Origin: an uncultured Candidatus Saccharibacteria bacterium
GTDB taxonomy: Bacteria; Patescibacteriota; Dojkabacteria; J137
Direction of reading: 5' to 3'
DNA length: 63,861 nt
Assembly (NCBI GenBank): GCA_964414295.1
Contig: CAYPVU010000002.1
Location: 1-63,861 of the forward strand
The notes under the pieces are model-generated. The model did no database searches and was not told the origin of the DNA. It saw only the letters and a program-made list of their open reading frames with translations. Positions 56,457-63,861 of this stretch are shown in pieces. The first letter of the stretch is position 1. Every line of letters starts with the position of its first letter. Position numbers and translations under genes: made by a program.

Positions 56457-58430
56457 TTATTTAAATAGACTATATTTTTTAGTTAATGAGTCAATTTTAT
56501 TTTTATCTCCATAAATACCAACTGCGTAATATTCTATCTCAGAATCTTTTTTAGTTGATAGTAGTTTTACAATTTCCTCATCGTTAGTTGTTTCTATCAT
56601 TTCTTTTATAAATCCATGATACATTAATCCTGATTCTCTTACATTAGTCATAAAATTGCTCATCTGACCTGGTTTTGCAGCTAATATTATTATTGCATAC
56701 TGACTATTTCTAGGATGAAGCACTCCATCTTCTGTTACAAAGTAATCAGCAGTTTTAAAGTCCTCTCCTAACATATTTCCTAAATATGCAGCTACATGAC
56801 TGATTGAATTAGCTTTTTTCCAATTTTCTAATTCCTCGTTTACAACAATAACAATTTTATTATCAAAATCTTGTTTTTTAGCTTCGTTGCTTATAGGTCT
56901 ATTCTCGTACTTTAATACATCCTTATAGATTTCTTTTGTAAGATTATCCATATCATATTTAAGCTGAGGGAATGGAACCCCTTCTTTTGCAGTTACGCCT
57001 TCGAAAAACCAGAATACCCTTTCACTCATACCCCATCCACATGTGGGTGGCATTCCATATTCAAGCATTTCTACAAAATCAATATCTAACATCTGAGCTT
57101 CATCATCACCGCTTTCTCTTAGTTTTTCTTGTTCTACAAATCTATCTAGTTGGTCTAAGGGGTCATTTAACTCACTATAGGCATTAACTAATTCACTTCC
57201 CGCAATTAATGCATGGAATCTTTGAGTTACGTTTGGATTTAGCTCATCAGATTTAGCTAAGGGAGACATAAACTTTGGTTCATTTATTAAGAATGCAGGT
57301 CCTGCAATTGTTTTTCTAATTAATTTCCAAAGACTATCTACTGCTCTATTCCTATTTAAATTAGGATCCATTGCATCTGAATTACCATTTGCTTTTAGAA
57401 TCTCTCTCATTTTTTCTAATGAATCGTTGTAGATATCTACATCAAATCTTTTCTTTATAATTTCTGCATAATCAATTCTTTCCCAATCTTTTGATAAATC
57501 AATTTCGAATCCTCTAATATTAAATTTTAGAGTCCCATATACTTCTTGCATTACATATCTAAACATTTCTTCTGTAAGTTTCATTCCGTCATTATAGTCA
57601 GCATAAGCCCAATACCACTCCATAGCAACGTGTTCAGGTAAGTGTTCATCGCTAAAGCCTTCATTTCTAAATCTAGGCCCAATATCAAATACTTTATTAA
57701 ATCCTGCCCCTATAAGTCTTTTTAACGGCAATTCATGTGATATTCTTAAATAGAAGTCTTCATTTAATGCATCGTAATGTGTTACAAATGGTTTTGCATC
57801 TGCACCTCCAGTTGTATGTTCTAAAACTGGGATATTAACTTCTACAAATCCATTTTTAATATAAAATTCCCTAGCAGCATTCCAGAATTTAGCTCTTCTT
57901 ACAAACCTCTCTCTTACTTCTGTATGGATATTCATATCTAAATATCTCCTTCTAAACCTGTCTTCCTTATCTTCTAAGTTTGTTGGAATTGGTCTAAGAG
58001 CTTTTGTTAAAAGCTTTAGGTTGTGAGCTAATACGGAAACTTCTCCTCTTTGAGTTTTAGTTACTTCACCAGTAACTTCAATAAAATCAGAAGTATCTAA
58101 TAAGCTTAACTTCTCAAAACCTAAATATCCTCTTGTTAAATCCTCTTTTAACTCGTCAGCTTTAATATAGACTTGTAATTTGCCAGACATATCCTCAATA
58201 TCTACAAACATTAATTTACCATGTTCTCTAATTGTTTTTACTCTTCCAGTTACACTTATTACTTTGCTATTTAAATTTTCGAAATTCTCTACTACCTTTG
58301 CATTAAGCATATCTTTTTTAGATACAGCAGGGTAAGGATTAACTCCTAACTTCTTCAACTGCTCTAATTTTTCAATTCTTAAGCTACGTTGACCCATAAG
58401 GTCGGAAGATTCTACGCTTCTTGTATTCAT
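56457..58430 (-). CDS. lysS: class II lysine--tRNA ligase with C-terminal DUF2000-like extension (start probably 58430)
   Basis: FYLRISHELPLKRLI, FRNEG, ELVNAYSELNDP, EYGMPPTCGWGM; extra ~135-aa C-terminal domain. Confidence 0.93.
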   Translation of the reverse strand: MNTRSVESSDLMGQRSLRIEKLEQLKKLGVNPYPAVSKKDMLNAKVVENFENLNSKVISVTGRVKTIREHGKLMFVDIEDMSGKLQVYIKADELKEDLTRGYLGFEKLSLLDTSDFIEVTGEVTKTQRGEVSVLAHNLKLLTKALRPIPTNLEDKEDRFRRRYLDMNIHTEVRERFVRRAKFWNAAREFYIKNGFVEVNIPVLEHTTGGADAKPFVTHYDALNEDFYLRISHELPLKRLIGAGFNKVFDIGPRFRNEGFSDEHLPEHVAMEWYWAYADYNDGMKLTEEMFRYVMQEVYGTLKFNIRGFEIDLSKDWERIDYAEIIKKRFDVDIYNDSLEKMREILKANGNSDAMDPNLNRNRAVDSLWKLIRKTIAGPAFLINEPKFMSPLAKSDELNPNVTQRFHALIAGSELVNAYSELNDPLDQLDRFVEQEKLRESGDDEAQMLDIDFVEMLEYGMPPTCGWGMSERVFWFFEGVTAKEGVPFPQLKYDMDNLTKEIYKDVLKYENRPISNEAKKQDFDNKIVIVVNEELENWKKANSISHVAAYLGNMLGEDFKTADYFVTEDGVLHPRNSQYAIIILAAKPGQMSNFMTNVRESGLMYHGFIKEMIETTNDEEIVKLLSTKKDSEIEYYAVGIYGDKNKIDSLTKKYSLFK

Positions 58431-58494
58431 TATCTTATCCAGGTAATAGTTATTAAACAATGGAATTATATAATATACAAACCCTTTGTAGTAG

Positions 58495-59562
58495 CTAAAA
58501 TTGGGCTAAAAATAAAGTTTCTACAACTTTTTGAAGTTCAGTAAATTTTGGAATCTCAATTTGTTCATTTACTGTATGTACATCTGTGACACTATCTCCT
58601 AAACAAAAGGTTTCTATTCCTACATAATTTAAGAAGGCAGCATCACTACCACCTTTTACATCAGTAGGTTTTATTTCAATTCCAAAGTTAGAATATATGT
58701 CGACTACTTTTTTGTATATTGGAGAATTCAGATTCATTTCGTAACCATAAGCATATGGTATCCAATTAATTTCTACCTTTGCATTAAATTCTTTTGCAGC
58801 ATTTAGTAATATTTCTTCAAACTCTTTTTTATTTTTTTCAAAGTTTTCTGTTTTAGAACTTCTTAAATCACCTTCAAGTATTAATTCACCTGGGACAGAA
58901 TTAGTAGCTATTCCTGCTCTTATAATCCCTATATTTAAAGTAGTAAACTCGTCTGGTCTTCCTAGTTTTAATTTGTTATTCATACTCATTAATAAACTAA
59001 GAACATTCACCCCTTCTTCAGGTAGACTTGCATGTGCTGATTTCCCAACAAATTTAATTTTAAAATCTTGTATAGTAGGAGCCGATTTAGCAAACCAACC
59101 TAAATCGCCATTACCTCCATCAAATACAAATCCTACTTTTGAAGTTAATTTTTTATAGTCAAACCTACTTACCCCAGAATCAGTTTCTTCTTTTACCGTA
59201 AATAAGATCTCAATATTTAAATCCTTACTTTCGTTAAGTAACTTTTCTAAAGTAAATAAGATTAAAGCTACTGATGCTTTATTGTCACCGCCAATAATTG
59301 TTGATCCATTTGATTTTAGTATCCCGTTTTCTTCTAGTACCTTTATTCCTCTACCTGGCTCTACTGTATCCATGTGGGCACAAAAAAGGGTTGGATTTGG
59401 TTTATTACCAACTCTTACTAGAATATTGTGTTCCGAATCTATTAATGCTTTAAGCCCTAAAGATTTTAATTTTTCAACGATATATGAAGATATAGTTGCC
59501 TCTTCTCCGGAAACGGAATCAATTTCAGCTAAGTTTTTAAAAGTTTTTACTAAAGTATCCAT
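58495..59562 (-). CDS. M20-family peptidase (peptidase T-like)
   Basis: AHMDTV, GGDNKAS, KEE, GKSAHA, GGSDA, VHTVNE. Confidence 0.9.
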   Translation of the reverse strand: MDTLVKTFKNLAEIDSVSGEEATISSYIVEKLKSLGLKALIDSEHNILVRVGNKPNPTLFCAHMDTVEPGRGIKVLEENGILKSNGSTIIGGDNKASVALILFTLEKLLNESKDLNIEILFTVKEETDSGVSRFDYKKLTSKVGFVFDGGNGDLGWFAKSAPTIQDFKIKFVGKSAHASLPEEGVNVLSLLMSMNNKLKLGRPDEFTTLNIGIIRAGIATNSVPGELILEGDLRSSKTENFEKNKKEFEEILLNAAKEFNAKVEINWIPYAYGYEMNLNSPIYKKVVDIYSNFGIEIKPTDVKGGSDAAFLNYVGIETFCLGDSVTDVHTVNEQIEIPKFTELQKVVETLFLAQF

Positions 59563-60494
59563 TATGCTTCTTGGTGTTCTGTAGATGATGTTAGCGCAGA
59601 ACCGTAATAATTTAAACTATTTAAAGCATTTATAAAGTTTTGCATTGTAGTTTCTTGATCTAATACAACTCCGCCCTCTCCAATTCCGAACCTATTTAGA
59701 ATATTTGTTTTAAATAATGCTAAGGCACTATCTTGTCCGGCTATAAACATAAAACAAGCTCCTTCATCTAGACTGCCATCTTCTGATATTTCAATATGAT
59801 TATTTGTTGCTTCAGTTCTAATATCCTCAGTTTTAATCTCAATCCCACCTTTATCTGTTCTAACAGTACATGCATGTAGTCCATGATGGTGTCCATGTCC
59901 TTTTAACGGCTGATCGGGTTCACAAACACAAGTTAATGCACCAATATAATGCTCATTATGATTTACAAGTAGTGTTCTAATACCAAAGTTAATGCTTTTT
60001 GATAATAGTTTAGCTACTTTAGCATTAGTTAGGGTACCAATAATTATATGATCACTACAATGTAATCTACTAAAAATATCATATAAATTTAATATTGTAA
60101 TTGTAGAAGTGTGCAAGCTATCTCCTCTTAACTCTGGTGTAGTATAAACAGTTCCAAGTTCAAAAACTCTAGGCGTATTGTGAGGTAATTCCAACTGAGA
60201 ATTTAATTCGTGTGTTGTTGCTTGGGCTAATCTGGCATGAGAAACAATTCTATCTAAGACAGGATCATAAATTACACTAGAATGACCTAATTTCCAGCTA
60301 GCCATTAATGTGTCTGCTGTAGTTGGAAACAATTTCTCTTCGTGACTCATCTCAATACTTAACTTCTCAAATAAAGAAAAGACTATAGAATTATCAAGAT
60401 TCCTATCAGTAGGATCTAGAATTTGTCTACCTGATTCTTGAAGATAATTAGAAATTTTATTTAATGCTATTTGTTTTAGTTCAATGTCATTCAT
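59562..60494 (-). CDS. hypothetical protein with a GNAT-like segment and a His/Cys cluster
   Basis: ELGTVYTTPELRG resembles acetyl-CoA motif A; CVCEP...GHGHHHGLHAC. Confidence 0.5.
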   Translation of the reverse strand: MNDIELKQIALNKISNYLQESGRQILDPTDRNLDNSIVFSLFEKLSIEMSHEEKLFPTTADTLMASWKLGHSSVIYDPVLDRIVSHARLAQATTHELNSQLELPHNTPRVFELGTVYTTPELRGDSLHTSTITILNLYDIFSRLHCSDHIIIGTLTNAKVAKLLSKSINFGIRTLLVNHNEHYIGALTCVCEPDQPLKGHGHHHGLHACTVRTDKGGIEIKTEDIRTEATNNHIEISEDGSLDEGACFMFIAGQDSALALFKTNILNRFGIGEGGVVLDQETTMQNFINALNSLNYYGSALTSSTEHQEA

Positions 60495-60570
60495 TTTGGA
60501 AAACGTAATTAGAAAATTATGCTCGCGAGTATATGGTTAAGTACTCTAAAAGTCAACGAGGGTCTATGTT

Positions 60571-61665
60571 TTAGCTTCGCTTAGAAGGGATTAAGAGTAG
60601 AACAAGGATAGTAAATACTACAACAGCAAGTAACCCTGCAATAATTACAGGATTAATGCCTTCAAATACTTCGGCAACTGCTTCTTCGTTTAGTTCGCTA
60701 CTAGGTATGCAAGAATTCCCAATGCAGCTATGGTTTGGACCACACTCTATCCCAAGAGACGGTGCACAGTAGGCCTGACTTTCAACTATACAAGTTGCAT
60801 TAGAAGTAACACATTTATTATTATTGCACGTAAGTCCGCTTGCACATTCATTTGAGTTTACACAAGAAGATCCACACAATGCGGTATTAACTCCTTGATT
60901 ACTAGAACTAAATTGTGATGATAGAATAAATCCTTCAAATCCTTTTGGAAGGACTATTGCTCCAATATTATTTACTGCACAGTAACTGCTTTTGTCTTTG
61001 CTAGAAGATATAATAGAAGATACTATGCCTACAATTCTATTAGTCGATTTCTCAAATACAGGGCTTCCGCTGTCACCGTAACAAATTCCTCCGTCAGAGC
61101 CTTTCATGTATGCAATATTGCCTACAATATCTTCAATACATACTTGAATACTTTTTCTAAGTTTAGTTCTAAAGTCTCCTTCGATAGTCGATTCATTTTG
61201 ACCATATCCAACTATTTCGTAATTACATCCTTCTTTAGGAGTAGATACGGTTGCAAATGTATTTAAATCAACATTAGTACTTAAATTCAAAACAGCTATA
61301 TCGTTATCGGGTTTGCCGACCCAAGCTGTATTGATTACAAAATTATTTACTTTTATATTATCTTTTCTTGCAGGTTTAAATTCACCAGTTCCTACATACA
61401 TTTCTGCTCCCGAAGGTATACAGTGCGCTGCTGTTACAACCGTACTGCTATTCAGGAATGTTACTCCACATGTTGTAATTTTTCCTCCATTATATGCAAT
61501 TGAATATCCCGCAAATGGGTATCCGCTTTCTAATTTCCCGCCAAATAAAGCAGAAGATCCTTGAGGTGCTAAATCTCTACCAACATAAATTACACCTAGC
61601 AGAATAACTAGAACTGCTGCTACTAATAAAAGCATTTTGATAATTTTTGCTTTTGCCTTTATCAT
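60571..61665 (-). CDS. membrane-anchored trypsin-like (S1) serine protease with a Cys-rich module
   Basis: TAAHC, NDIAVL and GDSGSP triad; N-terminal signal/TM and C-terminal TM. Confidence 0.92.
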   Translation of the reverse strand: MIKAKAKIIKMLLLVAAVLVILLGVIYVGRDLAPQGSSALFGGKLESGYPFAGYSIAYNGGKITTCGVTFLNSSTVVTAAHCIPSGAEMYVGTGEFKPARKDNIKVNNFVINTAWVGKPDNDIAVLNLSTNVDLNTFATVSTPKEGCNYEIVGYGQNESTIEGDFRTKLRKSIQVCIEDIVGNIAYMKGSDGGICYGDSGSPVFEKSTNRIVGIVSSIISSSKDKSSYCAVNNIGAIVLPKGFEGFILSSQFSSSNQGVNTALCGSSCVNSNECASGLTCNNNKCVTSNATCIVESQAYCAPSLGIECGPNHSCIGNSCIPSSELNEEAVAEVFEGINPVIIAGLLAVVVFTILVLLLIPSKRS

Positions 61666-61696
61666 TTAATTAATAATAATTCTAGTTATTGTAATT

Positions 61697-62380
61697 ATGG
61701 ACTCTTTAAACCCTGTTGATTTTGAATACTTTAAAACTGACCAAAAAATTCTGACAGATTTAAACGAAAACAATATAACTGAATTGTATTCAAAAGGCTA
61801 TGTTTTTACAAGAGTAAAAAAGGGATTATTTAATCAAACAAGGTCTTTAAGAATAAGGTTAGATAATTTTGACTTAAATTCAGAAAATAAAAGAGTATTA
61901 AAAAAACTTGAAAATCTTAATCTAGAATTCTTATCACTACCCTATCCTAACTATTCCTGGGAAATTCATAAGATGGGTAAAGACTTTTATGCTATAAAGT
62001 TTGGAGATGGTACAATGAGTGCTTCTAAAATAAAAGAAATGTTTTTAGAAATTGATAAATCTAATATGAACTCCTGTTTTAAGTACACTTTAGCTGAAGC
62101 TCCTGCAGGTTATGCATTAACATATTCAAATAATAATATTGTTCATTATGCTTATCCCTTCTATGATCTATATATACCAAAGGATTTAAGTATAGGAATG
62201 GGAATGATGGTTAAAGCAATTTTATGGGCAAAAGAAAATAATAAGGATTACATTTACTTAGGATCAGTAATTGATCAAAAAGCTAAATATAAATTGCAGT
62301 TTGAAGGGCTTGAATGGTTTAATACAGATACCCAACTGTGGGAAACCGATTTAGAAAAACTTAAACAGTTAATTTTGTAA
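61697..62380 (+). CDS. aminoacyl-tRNA--protein transferase-like (Bpt/ATE family)
   Basis: YSKGY...TRSLRI; YAYPFYD...SIGMGMM; YIYLGS...KYK. Confidence 0.65.
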   Translation: MDSLNPVDFEYFKTDQKILTDLNENNITELYSKGYVFTRVKKGLFNQTRSLRIRLDNFDLNSENKRVLKKLENLNLEFLSLPYPNYSWEIHKMGKDFYAIKFGDGTMSASKIKEMFLEIDKSNMNSCFKYTLAEAPAGYALTYSNNNIVHYAYPFYDLYIPKDLSIGMGMMVKAILWAKENNKDYIYLGSVIDQKAKYKLQFEGLEWFNTDTQLWETDLEKLKQLIL

Positions 62381-62914
62381 TTCTAATTCAATCTCTTTAA
62401 ATACCTTAGTAAGTATATCTAATTCTTCAGTACTGAATCTGCCTAATACGTAATCCGAACCTGATATATATTTTTTAATTTCTTCTGTTCTATTATCTAT
62501 TCCTATTCTTAATCTCCAAAATTCACCTGTATTTAAATGATTTTCAATTGATAATATTCCGTTGTGTACTTTAGGTCCTTTATTAAATTGAAGTTTATAA
62601 TCTCCTAATTTTATATCTAGATCGTCATGTACAATTAAAATATTGCTAGCTTTAATTTTGTAGAAGCTTGTAATTGCTTTTACAGCTTCTCCACTACTAT
62701 TCATGAATGTTAGTGGTTTTGCATAAATTATTTTATTTGAGTTATTTGTAATACAGATTTCGGATTTAAATTTTTTCTCTTCTAAAAAATTTGTTGCTAA
62801 AGAATCTAAAAATAGAAAACCTGCATTATGTCTAGTATTAACATAGTCTTTTCCAGGATTACCTAAACCTACTATTAATTTAATTTGATTTATATCTAAT
62901 TTTAATGGATCCAT
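62369..62914 (-). CDS. pth: peptidyl-tRNA hydrolase
   Basis: LIVGLGNPG..Y..TRHNAG, KPLTFMNSSG, VHDDLD, HNG, RLRIGI. Confidence 0.96.
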   Translation of the reverse strand: MDPLKLDINQIKLIVGLGNPGKDYVNTRHNAGFLFLDSLATNFLEEKKFKSEICITNNSNKIIYAKPLTFMNSSGEAVKAITSFYKIKASNILIVHDDLDIKLGDYKLQFNKGPKVHNGILSIENHLNTGEFWRLRIGIDNRTEEIKKYISGSDYVLGRFSTEELDILTKVFKEIELELQN

Positions 62915-63754
62915 TTATTGCTGTAGCTTTGCTAAATTTATTAAATTTCTAAATAAACAAGCAATTGTTAAAGGTCCAATTCCGCCTGGAACTGGTGTAT
63001 AAAACAAATTTTTATCTTCATTTTCTATTTTAAAGTCTCCAATCGTTTTATCGTCTTTCCTTATGCTTGTTACATCTATTACTAATGCACCATCTTTTAT
63101 TGAATTATCTGTAAATAAGTGACCTTTTCCTGTAGCAGTAATTACTATATCTGCAGATTTTAATAAGGTATCCATATTACTAGTAAATTCATTTGCAATT
63201 ACTACTGTAGCTCCTAAAGTAGATAAAATCATACTTAAAGGCTTTCCTATTAAATCAGAATTGTTTATTACTAAAATATTACTTCCTTGAAAATCTTTGC
63301 TATATGAATTTTTAATAACTTCTAAACAGGCATCTACAGTAGCTGGAAGAATTCCATTCATAATATCTTGAGAATATAGTCCAAAATTTATTGCAGAAAG
63401 TCCATCTACATCCTTTAAAGGATTAATTGAATTTAATATTCGATGTTTATATGGAGCCAATTGTGCATATAAAGGTAACTGAACTAATACACCATTTACA
63501 GATTTATCTTTATTTAAGGAATCAATTTTAGTCAGTACTTCTTCTATCTTTGAAGATTCAGAAAATCTTACTAGATCTGCTTTTACTCCTAATTCAATTG
63601 CTTTTTGCATCTTTAAAGAAATATACTTTTTACTAGCTTCATCGGAACCTGCATCAATAATAAATAACCGTATAGGGTTTGAACTATCTGTTATAGCGGT
63701 CTTAACGTCTTTATATATTGATTCAGCTATGTTTTTACAATCTATTTTTTGCAT
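62915..63754 (-). CDS. folD: methylene-THF dehydrogenase/cyclohydrolase
   Basis: GVLVQLPL, KDVDGL, YTPVPGGIGPLTI. Confidence 0.95.
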   Translation of the reverse strand: MQKIDCKNIAESIYKDVKTAITDSSNPIRLFIIDAGSDEASKKYISLKMQKAIELGVKADLVRFSESSKIEEVLTKIDSLNKDKSVNGVLVQLPLYAQLAPYKHRILNSINPLKDVDGLSAINFGLYSQDIMNGILPATVDACLEVIKNSYSKDFQGSNILVINNSDLIGKPLSMILSTLGATVVIANEFTSNMDTLLKSADIVITATGKGHLFTDNSIKDGALVIDVTSIRKDDKTIGDFKIENEDKNLFYTPVPGGIGPLTIACLFRNLINLAKLQQ

Positions 63755-63861
63755 ATAAGAATTCTAGCACTATAAAATAGTATAAAGAAATAGTAATTGG
63801 AGAATTTTAAGTTTACTTCTTGGTGAGGAACAGAGTTCCTCACCTGCAATGTTACATTATC

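Noticed and set aside
5588-61564. Antisense or overlapping short ORFs in the track (e.g. 5588, 8587, 9919, 11971, 13759, 14381, 18824, 19544, 21646, 24544, 26209, 33780, 33953, 34107, 34751, 36109, 39733, 43567, 44256-44712 alternates, 45027, 45363, 49912, 56972, 58973, 59282, 61313)
   Set aside because: They are shadows of well-supported genes or a tRNA, on the opposite strand or in another frame, with no independent signals.
1-63861. CRISPR array, transposase, integrase or rRNA
   Set aside because: No regularly spaced direct repeats, cas genes, recombinase/transposase motifs or rRNA-like sequence seen.
1-63861. Recoded TGA (code 25, as in Gracilibacteria/Absconditabacteria)
   Set aside because: Full-length tgt, lepA and gltX end in TGA, and long ORFs are uninterrupted under code 11.

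Overview
AT-rich (about 30% GC) bacterial chromosome segment using the standard code (TGA stops in tgt, lepA, gltX). The gene set suggests a Patescibacteria/CPR genome, possibly Dojkabacteria/WS6-like; this is inference only. Core genes: tgt (5'-truncated), gpmI, pyrG, prmC, clpC, secA, rmuC, mraY, lepA, prfB, gltX, ftsW/rodA, yhaM, thpR, gatC, a beta-CASP nuclease, rnpA, pheS, lysS, pth, folD and three tRNAs (Lys-UUU, Arg-UCG, Gln-CUG). The main unexplained signals are as follows. (1) A ~1.07 kb GC-rich, ORF-free, densely hairpinned region (30494-31565) lies between a perfect minus-strand TTGACA-17-TATAAT promoter and an intrinsic terminator, directly upstream of a stand-alone HEPN-motif (RNIFVH) gene; it is a candidate large ncRNA, possibly paired with an RNase. 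(2) A ~2400-aa membrane-anchored protein combines two clan-A-like glycoside hydrolase barrels, an SGNH esterase, two M23 peptidases and a lytic-transglycosylase domain. (3) Small, GC-rich orphan genes carry strong Shine-Dalgarno sites and mostly their own promoters and terminators, while core genes lack SD sites or look leaderless. (4) There are two probable pseudo-enzymes (sortase, PEP synthase), a LysRS-DUF2000 fusion and a Cys-free SecA tail. No CRISPR array, transposase, integrase or rRNA was seen. All family assignments come from motif recognition by eye; no searches were run.
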